This document shows positions 28,978 through 38,938 of a DNA stretch of 64,000 nucleotides, piece after piece. The position numbers were made by a program, and so were the translations under genes. The notes beneath the pieces were generated by a model, which was given only the letters and a program-made list of their open reading frames with translations, was not told where the DNA came from and searched no databases. Source of the stretch: Fidelibacterota bacterium UBA7301. Its GTDB lineage: Bacteria; Fidelibacterota; Marinisomatia; Marinisomatales; TCS55. The stretch is from contig DKQT01000018.1 in assembly GCA_002471845.1 (NCBI GenBank), positions 59,807 to 123,806 of the forward strand. Reading direction: 5' to 3'. Within the stretch, counting starts at the first letter, position 1. Each line of letters begins with the position of its first letter.

Positions 28978-30203
28978 TGTTTCTCGGTTTTAAAAATAAA
29001 ATCATTACATCGCCCCTTAGTTTACTCCTAAGCGTCATTGGATTGCTTACCCTGGGGCTTATAACGTTAAATAGTATTACCGTTACTCAGGGTCAGGCAC
29101 CCCCAAATGCCTTTTCAAAACAACTGATTTTTTTACTGCCCGCGTTCCTATTAATGGTGGCCATGCAGCTCACATCCAAGCGTATGATTCATAAATATAT
29201 CTTTGTCGCTTATGGCATTGTTATTATCGCTGTTTTGTTACCCTTCGCGGGAGAAAAAATAGCCGGGACACATCGTTGGATTAACTTAGGATTGCCTTTT
29301 GGCCTGCAGCCTTCCGAAATTGCAAAATGGGTAATTGTTATTACCCTGGCCAGGTATTTATCAGACCACAACCTCCAAATGAGAAATTTTGGTTCCAATA
29401 TTGTTCCATTTATCATTGTTTTGATTCCCACGTTTATTGTTCTGAGTCAACCTGATTTGGGGACTGCCTTCGTGATGCTTACGCCGATTATACCAATGTT
29501 AATTTGGGTGGGAGCACGCCCCTTCCATTTATTTTTAATCGTTGCACCTTTATTGAGTATACTTGCAGCTTTTAATGTTCTGGTGTTCTCAATCTGGGCC
29601 GGAATCATGGCCATTGTTATTTTCTTTTCCAGACCAAAATTATGGCATGCAATTGGACTTTATTTCGGAAATATTTTTCTGGGGTTAATCTTTCCATTGA
29701 TGTGGAATACGCTCAGGCCCTTCCAGCAAAATCGAATTTTGACTTTTGTTAATCCCGAATTGGATCCTTTGGGCGCCGGTTATCAAATTATACAGAGTAA
29801 AACTGCTTTAGGATCAGGTGGTTTAATGGGGAAAGGTTGGGGGCGTGGTACTCAAACCCATTTAAAATTCCTGCCTGTGCAGGAATCAGATTTTATCGTC
29901 AGTGTCATCGGTGAAGAACTGGGCTTTATAACTTTGATGATCATGCTGGTACTGTTTTTGTGGCTGCTTATCAAATTGATTCGCTTAGCCCTTAATGCAT
30001 CGGACCGTTTTTCAGGACTGGTTATAATTGGCATAGCGACTATATTTCTCGCCCATGTATTTGTGAACTGTGCTATGACTGTAGGTATGATCCCGGTTAA
30101 AGGTTTGCCCCTACCATTTATTTCCTATGGGGGATCATTTTTATTATCCAGTTTTATGATGATTGGATTGGTCATGAATTTCGGCCGGGAAGAATTGGAT
30201 TGA
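28977..30203 (+). CDS. rodA: rod shape-determining protein RodA (SEDS family)
   Basis: Polytopic, with QPSEIAKW, PVQESDFI and GLPLPFISYGGS. 1-nt overlap with mrdA (TGATG). Confidence 0.9.
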   Translation: MFLGFKNKIITSPLSLLLSVIGLLTLGLITLNSITVTQGQAPPNAFSKQLIFLLPAFLLMVAMQLTSKRMIHKYIFVAYGIVIIAVLLPFAGEKIAGTHRWINLGLPFGLQPSEIAKWVIVITLARYLSDHNLQMRNFGSNIVPFIIVLIPTFIVLSQPDLGTAFVMLTPIIPMLIWVGARPFHLFLIVAPLLSILAAFNVLVFSIWAGIMAIVIFFSRPKLWHAIGLYFGNIFLGLIFPLMWNTLRPFQQNRILTFVNPELDPLGAGYQIIQSKTALGSGGLMGKGWGRGTQTHLKFLPVQESDFIVSVIGEELGFITLMIMLVLFLWLLIKLIRLALNASDRFSGLVIIGIATIFLAHVFVNCAMTVGMIPVKGLPLPFISYGGSFLLSSFMMIGLVMNFGREELD

Positions 30204-30291
30204 TTCTTCCTGAAAAAGATAATGACGTGTAGGGTGTAAAGGCGGTAAATTCCAATCCTCAATTTGATTGTTTAATCCGAGGCTGATATTC

Positions 30292-31113
30292 ATGACGAAG
30301 CGCATTCTTAATTTCACGGCAACCTTGTTAATTCTTACATCATTTAGTTTTGTATCCGGGCAGGATGCGGCTACAAAACGCGAATTAAAACGACTCAATG
30401 CAAAAATTGATCGTGAAAATGTGCGCGTAGATTCATTAGATACCCAGATTAGATTATTGCTGCCGGAACTTCAAAATGCCCTGAAGGCAAACCTGAAAGC
30501 CAAGGAACAAACCGATTCTGTAGCCATTCTTTTGATCAACCGGATTAATACAATTCAAAATAAAATGCGGCTGATGGAAGATAAGGCTGCCTATATTGAC
30601 AGTGTAAATTTTGAAATTCTGGCCCAATTGGTCATGATTGAGAATAAAATTGTAACCCTGACAAACAGTTTTACTGAAATGTATAATTTAAAAAATAACA
30701 AAGTCGGGGATAAGGTCAGCGCCAAAATAAGCCCGGTCGAATATAAAAAAACTTACATTGATGCATTATCAGCTTATCAAAATGGTGAATTTGAAAAGGC
30801 TGTAACTGGATTTGCCGGTCTGGTGATGAGTGATCCCTTGAACGATTTAGCGGATAACAGTCAATATTGGCTGGCGGAATGTTATTACACCATGAAAAAC
30901 TACAAGCGAGCGATTATTGAATTTGAAAAAGTTTTCACCTTCCCTGGGACCGATAAGGATGATGACGCACAGCTCAAGTTAGGTCATTGTCACCGCAGTA
31001 TGGGTAATATTAATAAAGCCCGTGAAGAATACAAGCGCTTGATTGATTATTTCCCCGGTTCTGAATTTTATGAAAAAGCCCGGGAATCCCTCAAACAACT
31101 AAAAGTACAATAA
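30292..31113 (+). CDS. cpoB: Tol-Pal associated CpoB/YbgF-like protein (coiled coil + TPR)
   Basis: Signal peptide, N-terminal coiled coil, and a C-terminal YbgF-type TPR (YQNGEFEKAV ... SQYWLAECYYTMKNYKRAI ... YFPGSEFYEKA). Confidence 0.7.
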   Translation: MTKRILNFTATLLILTSFSFVSGQDAATKRELKRLNAKIDRENVRVDSLDTQIRLLLPELQNALKANLKAKEQTDSVAILLINRINTIQNKMRLMEDKAAYIDSVNFEILAQLVMIENKIVTLTNSFTEMYNLKNNKVGDKVSAKISPVEYKKTYIDALSAYQNGEFEKAVTGFAGLVMSDPLNDLADNSQYWLAECYYTMKNYKRAIIEFEKVFTFPGTDKDDDAQLKLGHCHRSMGNINKAREEYKRLIDYFPGSEFYEKARESLKQLKVQ

Positions 31114-31126
31114 ACATAGAGAACAC

Positions 31127-31954
31127 ATGTCTTTAAAACTTTTTTATCTCACAACGGAGATATCGCCCTTTGCAAATACATCCCATTTAGGAAAATACTC
31201 TGTCGATGTTCCTTTAGCTTTACAAACAATGGGACATGATATCAGAACCATGATTCCAAAATACGGTTTTGTCAGTGAAAGAAAATACATCCTGAGGGAA
31301 GTGATCCGTCTGCGGGAAATTCCCTTTGAGTTTAATGGTGAGGATGTAGTCACTTCAGCTAAAAGCGCTTTTATACCCAAAACAAGAGTCCAGGTTTATT
31401 TCCTGGAAAATGTCAAATGGTTCAAATCATTATCAAATTTGCTTTATAAGGCCAAGAATGGGCGTGTACTCCCGGATAATGATCAACGCTATGCTTATTT
31501 TTCAAAAGCGGCCATTGCAACTTTACCCCATTTGTTTTGGAAACCTGACATTGTGATCTGTAATGGTTGGCAGAGCGCATATGTGCCGTTGATCTATCAG
31601 CAGATCTATGATTCAGAAGAATTCTACGGGGATATTAAAACGGTTCTCACGGTTCATTCAGTTGATGAATATTGCACTTTTTCAAAGGGGGCCTATGATA
31701 AAGCAGGTGTATCCCTGCCTGATGGCATTACCGGGAAAAAGGTAAATTGTTACGAGGCAGCCGCACCTTTTGCCGATTTAATCGTAGCCGTGGATTCACC
31801 CTCTAACGATGTGACGAATAAACTTTTAGCATTACCTGGAATTAAAGCCCATAAAAAGAAACTTGTATCAATTGCACTCGATGATGATGAGTCACCGAAT
31901 TTTAACGCTACCGCCGCTGCGCTCAACGAAGAATTGGCGAAACATTTCGCCTAA
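31127..31954 (+). CDS. glycogen/starch synthase N-terminal-domain-only protein with degenerate KTGGL motif
   Basis: 275 aa. It follows the GlgA N-domain (LFYLTTEISPFANTSHLGKY.. MGHDIRTMIPKYG .. PDIVICNGWQSA .. TVHS), but KTGGL is replaced by NTSHL and the second Rossmann domain is absent. Confidence 0.65.
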   Translation: MSLKLFYLTTEISPFANTSHLGKYSVDVPLALQTMGHDIRTMIPKYGFVSERKYILREVIRLREIPFEFNGEDVVTSAKSAFIPKTRVQVYFLENVKWFKSLSNLLYKAKNGRVLPDNDQRYAYFSKAAIATLPHLFWKPDIVICNGWQSAYVPLIYQQIYDSEEFYGDIKTVLTVHSVDEYCTFSKGAYDKAGVSLPDGITGKKVNCYEAAAPFADLIVAVDSPSNDVTNKLLALPGIKAHKKKLVSIALDDDESPNFNATAAALNEELAKHFA

Positions 31955-31987
31955 TTCATCGTAGCACTACTTCCAATAATTCCTTCC

Positions 31988-33220
31988 ATGAATAAAACAT
32001 TTCTGAACACTGCAATCCGTTTATGTATGATCGGTTTAACTTTCTTTTCAGCCTGCGAAGAAGCAGCTATCCCTGTTGATGGAGATGGTACACCAATGAA
32101 ATTGGACACGATTTCATTTCCTGTTGTTAAAGCAGTATCTTACAGAACACCCCCCGAAATGGGTAATACTGAATATTTATATTTCGGGAAAAAAGATGAT
32201 TATAATTTTAAGTATAACCTGATCAAATTTGATAGCAGTAGCATGACGGCTCAGACGCCTTTTTCATATTATAATGATTCTTTAGTAGTTGTAGACAGTT
32301 TCATGATGTCTTTACGATTTGAAAAAGATTCTATTGAGAATAATAATCCTGAATTTCAATTGCGTTATTTCCCCGACGGAGGCGATTCAGTCTTTAGTGA
32401 GTTCGAATCCAATTATCTCAATTTTGATAATACCATTGCTTCGCCGGTGGTAAGCACGGCCCGCATGGAGGCTGATACAACCGATTCAAACAGTACCAAA
32501 GTATATTTGAACTTTAAGTTGGATACGACAATCCTGAAGGTTTTTAAAGATACAAATGTCACTGATTTTAACCGGTCTTTCCTGGTTGAATTGGCAAGTG
32601 AAGAAACGGAATCGTTCAATTTTATCAGTGTGGACAAAGGTGATGGAAATGGTCCACAATTGACTGTATTCTACCGCCAGTTTTTATCCGATACGGTTGT
32701 TTTGGATACGGCTCAGAGGCTATATAATTCTGTTGGGGATTTATCCATCGTCATACCGCCCGAAGTATCAAATGAAGAAACTTCTTTTTTAGCGGTAGGA
32801 ATGGCTATGGGTTTAAAGTCTATTGTATTGGTTGACATGGGAGGATGGGTACTGCCGCCGAAATCCGTGGTCAGTTCAGCCGAATTAATTTTTCAGCGGG
32901 CTCAAAGTGATACTTTAAAAAACTATAACATAATATCCCATCCTATAATAAATGAAGGGGCCTTTCAATCTTTTTCCTCGTTTGCTGAGGATCCTTATAA
33001 AGAAGAGCATAATTTTTACACTGCATCTCCCGTAGTGAATAATATTTTGAAAATCAACCATCGTAAAGCGGCTACCGAAATCGGACGTGCAAAACTCACT
33101 AATTATGGTTTCAAACTACAAACTTCGATCAGTAATGATCCTTTTACCACTGTGTTATTTCACAGTCTGAATAGTTCTGATTCATACCCGGTTATGAGAG
33201 TGATATATGTTTTACCTTAG
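31988..33220 (+). CDS. lipoprotein of unknown function (position and size reminiscent of DUF4270 partners of short GlgA-like genes)
   Basis: 410 aa with lipobox LTFFSAC and a Ser/Thr/Asn/Asp-rich beta-type sequence. The family call is from recalled synteny only. Confidence 0.45.
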   Translation: MNKTFLNTAIRLCMIGLTFFSACEEAAIPVDGDGTPMKLDTISFPVVKAVSYRTPPEMGNTEYLYFGKKDDYNFKYNLIKFDSSSMTAQTPFSYYNDSLVVVDSFMMSLRFEKDSIENNNPEFQLRYFPDGGDSVFSEFESNYLNFDNTIASPVVSTARMEADTTDSNSTKVYLNFKLDTTILKVFKDTNVTDFNRSFLVELASEETESFNFISVDKGDGNGPQLTVFYRQFLSDTVVLDTAQRLYNSVGDLSIVIPPEVSNEETSFLAVGMAMGLKSIVLVDMGGWVLPPKSVVSSAELIFQRAQSDTLKNYNIISHPIINEGAFQSFSSFAEDPYKEEHNFYTASPVVNNILKINHRKAATEIGRAKLTNYGFKLQTSISNDPFTTVLFHSLNSSDSYPVMRVIYVLP

Positions 33221-34463
33221 AAAAATAATTTTATTATTATTTGTCACTGGGCTCAGTGCCCAATCTATTTTTAATGCCTATGGATTAGGATTATCTAAAA
33301 GTATTTACAATACCTCATCCGCAGGGGCGGGCAGTATCGGACTTGTACCTACATTTCATCCCGGTGTTTCTTTGGATAATCCGGCAACATGGCCGGGATT
33401 AAAGTACACGTTTATCAGTGGTTCTTATGGGAGTCGTTCTGTGGGAACCAATAAGAATAACAGCAAAAATAACGGAAACGGGTTTGAAAAAATTCAGTTT
33501 GTTATTCCCATAAGAGAGCGCTTTGGATTTGGTGTTTCTATTAAACCGGTAAACAACCATAATTCATTTTTTAGAACAGATACATCCACTATTGATTTTC
33601 AGGGAAAACCTATCACTGCGAATAAAGAATTTCGTTCGGGCGGCGGTATAATGGCAGGTTCAGTTGGGTTAGCCCTACCGCTGAATAAAAAAATGGGTTT
33701 AGGCCTTTCAATAGACAGATTATTCGGATCCTCACGGGATGAGCATTCAATGGTATTAAATTCAATATCCTACCGGTTATTTAACATCCGCACATATAAC
33801 GGTTCAACCTTCAACCTAGACTTTGCAGGGCAGTTTTTTAAAAATGATAAAATGATGGTTTTGGGATTTGCCAGAATCAGTGTCAGCGGAAAGCCGGTGT
33901 CAGGAACTTTGTACCAATTTGATTTATTCGAAGATAAAAATGATAATTATGTTTTTGATTCAGGGGATTTTCCTTCAACCGTAAGCGTGGACACAAATAA
34001 GGTGTCTGACATTTATGCACCAAACAGTTTTAGTTTTGGTTTGAATGTAGGATTCAAGAATGATTTAAATGTATTCGGCGAGTTCCAAATGTGGAATGAC
34101 GAAGCGTTAAATGCAGACTATGCCAGTATCTATATGGATCAAATAGGTTCAAAAACACATATCGGTGGGGGACTGGTCAGGTTCGGTAATATGGGCGCCC
34201 GATCCTGGCAGGATAAAATAACATTTCGTGCAGGTGCTTTTAGGGAATCTTATAGTTTGAAGTACAGTGGAAAAACCATAAATGAGAATGGCTTATCTAT
34301 AGGGTTTGGATTTAAATTCGCCGCCACCGGAAATCAGTTAGATTTCTCTTATCGGACTGGATCCAGATCAATTGATGGGGGTTATAAAGAATTAATGCAA
34401 GATTTTACAATAGGAGTGAGTCTGGGAGATGTATGGTTTCTCAGAAGGAGAGGAAAACAATGA
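33207..34463 (+). CDS. predicted outer-membrane beta-barrel protein (weak PorV/PorQ/FadL-like N-terminal NPA motif)
   Basis: 418 aa with signal peptide LLFVTGLSAQ, alternating beta-strand pattern with Gly/aromatic girdles, and SAGAGSIGL..LDNPATW near the N-terminus. Confidence 0.5.
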   Translation: MFYLRKIILLLFVTGLSAQSIFNAYGLGLSKSIYNTSSAGAGSIGLVPTFHPGVSLDNPATWPGLKYTFISGSYGSRSVGTNKNNSKNNGNGFEKIQFVIPIRERFGFGVSIKPVNNHNSFFRTDTSTIDFQGKPITANKEFRSGGGIMAGSVGLALPLNKKMGLGLSIDRLFGSSRDEHSMVLNSISYRLFNIRTYNGSTFNLDFAGQFFKNDKMMVLGFARISVSGKPVSGTLYQFDLFEDKNDNYVFDSGDFPSTVSVDTNKVSDIYAPNSFSFGLNVGFKNDLNVFGEFQMWNDEALNADYASIYMDQIGSKTHIGGGLVRFGNMGARSWQDKITFRAGAFRESYSLKYSGKTINENGLSIGFGFKFAATGNQLDFSYRTGSRSIDGGYKELMQDFTIGVSLGDVWFLRRRGKQ

Positions 34464-35725
34464 GCCGAAGGAAGATTATTCATAAAATAGTAATCATGGG
34501 TGTATCGTCTGTTTTTATGACGATGTGTACACCGCCTGAACAGTCCACTGTAGATGCAGATGCAACAGAACAAGCTCGACTGGATTCTATACGGAAAATA
34601 CGCTGCCCGAGGATTTTTAGCAGTGCGGCTGAATTTTATAAAAACCGTGATTGGGAAGCCACCGTTCGTGCGTATGACGAATTAACAGATTTGGGCTGCG
34701 ATCGCGATGATCCCCAGGAAGTTTACCTGTATTATGCCATTGCCTATGAATATATGGGAAAATATGACAGTTCTGAAATCGTGTTGCTGAAGGGGCTTTC
34801 CTTACTCCAGGATAATATTGACTTGAGAAAACGTCTGGCTTTTGCTTATGATAAACAAGGTAAAACAGAATTACGCATGGATGAATTGGACCGTTTATCC
34901 TTTCTTGCTCCAGAAGATACTGATATAAAAATTGAATTGGCTAAACTGTATGGCGAACAGGAACGTTATGATGATCAGATTGCTGTTTTAAAAGATCTCC
35001 TTGAAATACAACCCAACAATGAAGGGGGCCAAAGTGATTTAGCACGCGCTTATGAACTAAGCGGGCGCGATCCATTGGATGTATATAAAAATAGATTTGA
35101 GAATAATCCAGATAATATTTCTTATGGCTTGGATTATGCGGACAAATTAGTTGCTGCCGACCGTCCCGATGATGCCACTGATGTACTAAAGCATGTAGTG
35201 GCGGCAGATCCTACCAGCAAAGTGGCCTATCGTAAATTGGCCAACGCCTATGATTCCGCTAATAAATTATCTGCCGCAGCCAAAACTTATGAACGGCTGT
35301 TTCGTCTCGACCCGCGGGATTTTCGTGTGGCTATAAAAATCGCGGAGGTTTATGTTGAAGACCAGAATTACAGTTCGGCCTATGATTGGGCAGATAAAGC
35401 AGTGGCCATTTCCGGTGAAGGTGAAACCTACGGAGCAAAAGGGAATGTTTATTACAAGGCCTTCCAGGATTGCCGTTCACCAGATATATCCATTGATGAC
35501 AGGGTAGTCGCAACTTTGGCCCACCAATTATTTGAAGAGGCAGAAGATAAAGGTTTTTCCAGGTACAGCCGCTCAAAAGGATGGTTGAAAGAAAATGAGG
35601 TATTGTTCGGCAAGGCTCAATGGTTTATGATGGATGCGGATATAAAAAACCGCGGTTATGTAAAGGCAGAAGGTGGATGTTATAAATGGATATCCGAACG
35701 GCTGAATAAAGAAAAAGACTGGTAA
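34460..35725 (+). CDS. TPR-repeat lipoprotein
   Basis: Lipobox FMTMC and several TPR-like repeats (AIAYEYMGKYDSS, LAKLYGEQERYDD, LANAYDSANKLSAA). ATGA overlap with the upstream gene and an AGGAGAGG SD. Confidence 0.65.
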   Translation: MSRRKIIHKIVIMGVSSVFMTMCTPPEQSTVDADATEQARLDSIRKIRCPRIFSSAAEFYKNRDWEATVRAYDELTDLGCDRDDPQEVYLYYAIAYEYMGKYDSSEIVLLKGLSLLQDNIDLRKRLAFAYDKQGKTELRMDELDRLSFLAPEDTDIKIELAKLYGEQERYDDQIAVLKDLLEIQPNNEGGQSDLARAYELSGRDPLDVYKNRFENNPDNISYGLDYADKLVAADRPDDATDVLKHVVAADPTSKVAYRKLANAYDSANKLSAAAKTYERLFRLDPRDFRVAIKIAEVYVEDQNYSSAYDWADKAVAISGEGETYGAKGNVYYKAFQDCRSPDISIDDRVVATLAHQLFEEAEDKGFSRYSRSKGWLKENEVLFGKAQWFMMDADIKNRGYVKAEGGCYKWISERLNKEKDW

Positions 35726-35728
35726 TAA

Positions 35729-37048
35729 GTGGCCTCTGGCAAAGGGGCGTTTACCTTTTTAAAAAACGCCGATTCTAAACTATATGAAATCTTAATGCGG
35801 GAAGTCTCCAGGGAAGACTATACCCTGGAACTGATTGCCTCAGAAAATTTTGTCAGTTATCCAATCCTGGAAATGGCTGGCGGCGTCATGACTAATAAAT
35901 ACGCTGAGGGGTATCCAGGGGCACGTTATTACGGCGGATGCGAACACGTGGATGAAGCTGAGAATTTGGCCCGGGACCGCGCCAAACAGTTATTCAATTG
36001 CGAATATGTCAATGTGCAGCCCCATTCCGGTTCCCAGGCGAATATGGCTGCCTTAATGACTTTTATCAAGGTAGGTGATACAATTATGGGATTGGACCTG
36101 GCCCACGGCGGTCACTTAACCCACGGCAGTCCGGTGAACTTTTCCGGGAAACTGTATAACGTCGTTTCGTATCAAGTGAGTCGGGAAACCGGCCGCGTTG
36201 ATTTTACGGAAGTCCGTAAACTAGCCAAAGAACATAAGCCTAAACTGGTCATTTGCGGAGGCAGCGCCTATCCCCGCCATATTGAATTTGAACAGTTTCG
36301 TGAAATTGCCGATGAAATCGGCGCTTTCCTCATGGCGGATATTGCCCATCCTGCTGGACTCGTGGCTACTGGACTTCATCCATCGCCCATGCCCTATTGT
36401 GATGTGGTTACGACTACCACCCATAAAACATTGCGCGGACCCCGGGGCGGAATGATAATGATGGGTAAGGATGTGGAAAACCCCTGGGGTGTGGTTGCGC
36501 CTAAATCAGGGCGGACAAAAATGGTGTCTGAATTACTAAATTCAACGGTGATGCCGGGTATCCAGGGCGGACCTCTGATGCACATTATTGCCGCCAAAGC
36601 GGTTGCTTTCGGTGAAGCATTGGAACCGAAATTCAAATTGTATACCCAGGAGGTCGTCAATAATGCCCAAGCCATGGCTGATGCTTTGTTAAGCAAAGAT
36701 TATCAGTTGGTTTCCGGCGGCACGGATACTCATGTTATACTGATTGATCTGACTAATAAAGATGTGACCGGAAAAGCAGCGGAAAAAGCGCTGGAAAAAG
36801 CCGGCATTACGGTGAACAAAAACATGGTACCCTTTGATCAGCGCAGTCCCTTTATAACCAGTGGCATGCGTGTGGGGACACCTGCAATTACTACCCGCGG
36901 CATGGGCAAAGACGAAATGAATCGAATTGTTGATCTCATTGATGATGTTGTGGCAGATGTGGAAAACGCGGCTACCATCAAACGCGTAAAAGCGGAAGTA
37001 AAAGTCCTTTGTGAATCTTTCCCGTTATATCAGGAACTGCACAATTAA
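35729..37048 (+). CDS. glyA: serine hydroxymethyltransferase
   Basis: [20 protein letters not shown] and the PLP site [14 protein letters not shown]. Confidence 0.95.
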   Translation: MASGKGAFTFLKNADSKLYEILMREVSREDYTLELIASENFVSYPILEMAGGVMTNKYAEGYPGARYYGGCEHVDEAENLARDRAKQLFNCEYVNVQPHSGSQANMAALMTFIKVGDTIMGLDLAHGGHLTHGSPVNFSGKLYNVVSYQVSRETGRVDFTEVRKLAKEHKPKLVICGGSAYPRHIEFEQFREIADEIGAFLMADIAHPAGLVATGLHPSPMPYCDVVTTTTHKTLRGPRGGMIMMGKDVENPWGVVAPKSGRTKMVSELLNSTVMPGIQGGPLMHIIAAKAVAFGEALEPKFKLYTQEVVNNAQAMADALLSKDYQLVSGGTDTHVILIDLTNKDVTGKAAEKALEKAGITVNKNMVPFDQRSPFITSGMRVGTPAITTRGMGKDEMNRIVDLIDDVVADVENAATIKRVKAEVKVLCESFPLYQELHN

Positions 37049-37919
37049 GATTTCACACCAGTCCCCGCATCCTCTCTCCAAATTTTTTACTAGTCTAATC
37101 CTGTTTGCAGGAATAGCTTGTAGCCCGGCTGTTGTTGTTTTAGAACATAAGCCGGAACTGGCAAAAAGTACTTACCGCTATTTCGCAGACCGCTCTGAAA
37201 AGCTGATTGCCATATCTCCAGAAAATCCTGAACGGTTGATCGACGGTTGTGAAACCCTGACGAAATATGCCTTCGGTTTCACCATGGAAGAAGCGGATCG
37301 TTTGGTGATGGAGGACTATAAAGGAGGGAAGTTACTACACGAAAAAGCCAACCAAACTTTTGCCAAGGCCGTTGCTTACGGTGATCGTGCACTAAGCATA
37401 AAATATCCCACTTATTATGACTGGCTTTTGGGGAGGGTGGTGGCTATGCCGGAATTCGATCCAGCTGATACACCTTATTTATTTTGGACTGCCGGTGCTT
37501 ATGGTGGTGCCATTAAATCCAGCGGAGGAAATCCAGAGTGGGTGATCCTGTTGCCAAGGGTTGGCCGTTTGCTTGAGGCGGGCCTGTCAGTGGATCCCAA
37601 TTGGAATAAGGGTGCTTTATACAGTGCCATGATATCCTATACCATTAGTCGGCATGACGCTCCAAAAAATAAAGCAGAAATTGCCCGGGATTATTTTGAA
37701 AAAGCGGTAAAATCATCCAATGGGCAGGATTTAGGTCCGTACGTAACAATGGCCGAAAGTGTCTCCATAGCAACCCAAAACAAGAACGAATTCACTAATT
37801 TGTTATATAAAGCATTAAATATTGATATAAAGGCTGACCCTGATTTACGTTTGACGAATCATATCAACCGAAATCGGGCTCAATGGCTCCTGGATAACAT
37901 TGACGAATTCTTTTATTAA
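37011..37919 (+). CDS. TRAP transporter TatT-component family TPR lipoprotein
   Basis: Lipobox LFAGIAC and a helical TPR-like body. The C-terminal [29 protein letters not shown] pattern matches the TatT family. The start is uncertain: the GTG at 37011 overlaps glyA by 38 nt. Confidence 0.6.
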   Translation: MNLSRYIRNCTIKISHQSPHPLSKFFTSLILFAGIACSPAVVVLEHKPELAKSTYRYFADRSEKLIAISPENPERLIDGCETLTKYAFGFTMEEADRLVMEDYKGGKLLHEKANQTFAKAVAYGDRALSIKYPTYYDWLLGRVVAMPEFDPADTPYLFWTAGAYGGAIKSSGGNPEWVILLPRVGRLLEAGLSVDPNWNKGALYSAMISYTISRHDAPKNKAEIARDYFEKAVKSSNGQDLGPYVTMAESVSIATQNKNEFTNLLYKALNIDIKADPDLRLTNHINRNRAQWLLDNIDEFFY

Positions 37920-37931
37920 AGCATAATTCCC

Positions 37932-38921
37932 ATGAAGCGACTCACCACAATATTATTAATCTGTTTATCTGTCCAAGTATTATGGGCTAAAAAAATTGTT
38001 GTCAAAATGGCCACTTTGGCTCCCGAGGGGACTGAATGGCACGGCATCCTAGTGGACTTAGGTCAGCAGTGGAAAGCGGCTACGGACGGTGAAGTTCGGT
38101 TGCGAATTTATCCCGGTGGCGTTGTAGGCGATGAACCGGACATGATCCGTAAAATGCGAATCGGTCAAATCCACGGTGCTGCAATTACCAATGAGGGAAT
38201 GACAGAACTTAATCCATATTTCAGCGCATTTTATATGCCTATGCTGTATCAATCCTATGATGAAGTTGATTTTGTCCGCGCCCGGCTGAATAATGATTTA
38301 ATATCTGTAACGGAAAAGAATGGATTTAAAATATTAACAATGGTTGATGTGGGATGGGCTTACTGGTTTACAACCAAACCGGTGTACACGCCTAAAGACC
38401 TGAAAGAAACAAAAATTTTTATCTGGGCCGGGGATTACCAATCTACCAAACTTTATGAAAACCATGGATACCAACCTGTGCCTTTGGCCATGACAGATGT
38501 ACTGTCCGGTCTGCAAACTGGATTAATCAATTCTCTCGGGTTTAATCCCATGTACGCCTTATCCCAGCAAATATTCGGGATAGCTGATAATATGCTCGAC
38601 ATGAAATGGGGTAACCTAACCGCCGCTATTGTGATTGATATGAGAACCTGGAAGCGCATAAAGCCGGATCACCAAAAGGCCATGCTTAGAATTGCTCAAA
38701 ATATCGGTAATAAATTTCAGGAGAAAAACAGGCATGAAACAGACAAGGCGGTAGAAGTGATGAAACAATACGGTCTGAAAGTGAACACGCCGACCGTGGA
38801 ACAGGTGGAAGAATGGAAGGAACTCATTAAACAGATGTATCCCGATATCAGGGGAACACTCATTGATGAAAAGGCATTTGACAAATTGATGGAAATCAAA
38901 AAAGAAATGGAATCCCGTTAA
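37932..38921 (+). CDS. dctP: TRAP transporter substrate-binding protein (DctP family)
   Basis: 329 aa with a signal peptide and a DctP-like pattern (KMATLAPEGTEWH, RIYPGGVVGDE). Adjacent to a fused DctQM. Confidence 0.8.
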   Translation: MKRLTTILLICLSVQVLWAKKIVVKMATLAPEGTEWHGILVDLGQQWKAATDGEVRLRIYPGGVVGDEPDMIRKMRIGQIHGAAITNEGMTELNPYFSAFYMPMLYQSYDEVDFVRARLNNDLISVTEKNGFKILTMVDVGWAYWFTTKPVYTPKDLKETKIFIWAGDYQSTKLYENHGYQPVPLAMTDVLSGLQTGLINSLGFNPMYALSQQIFGIADNMLDMKWGNLTAAIVIDMRTWKRIKPDHQKAMLRIAQNIGNKFQEKNRHETDKAVEVMKQYGLKVNTPTVEQVEEWKELIKQMYPDIRGTLIDEKAFDKLMEIKKEMESR

Positions 38922-38938
38922 AACGAATTTTTCTTCCC

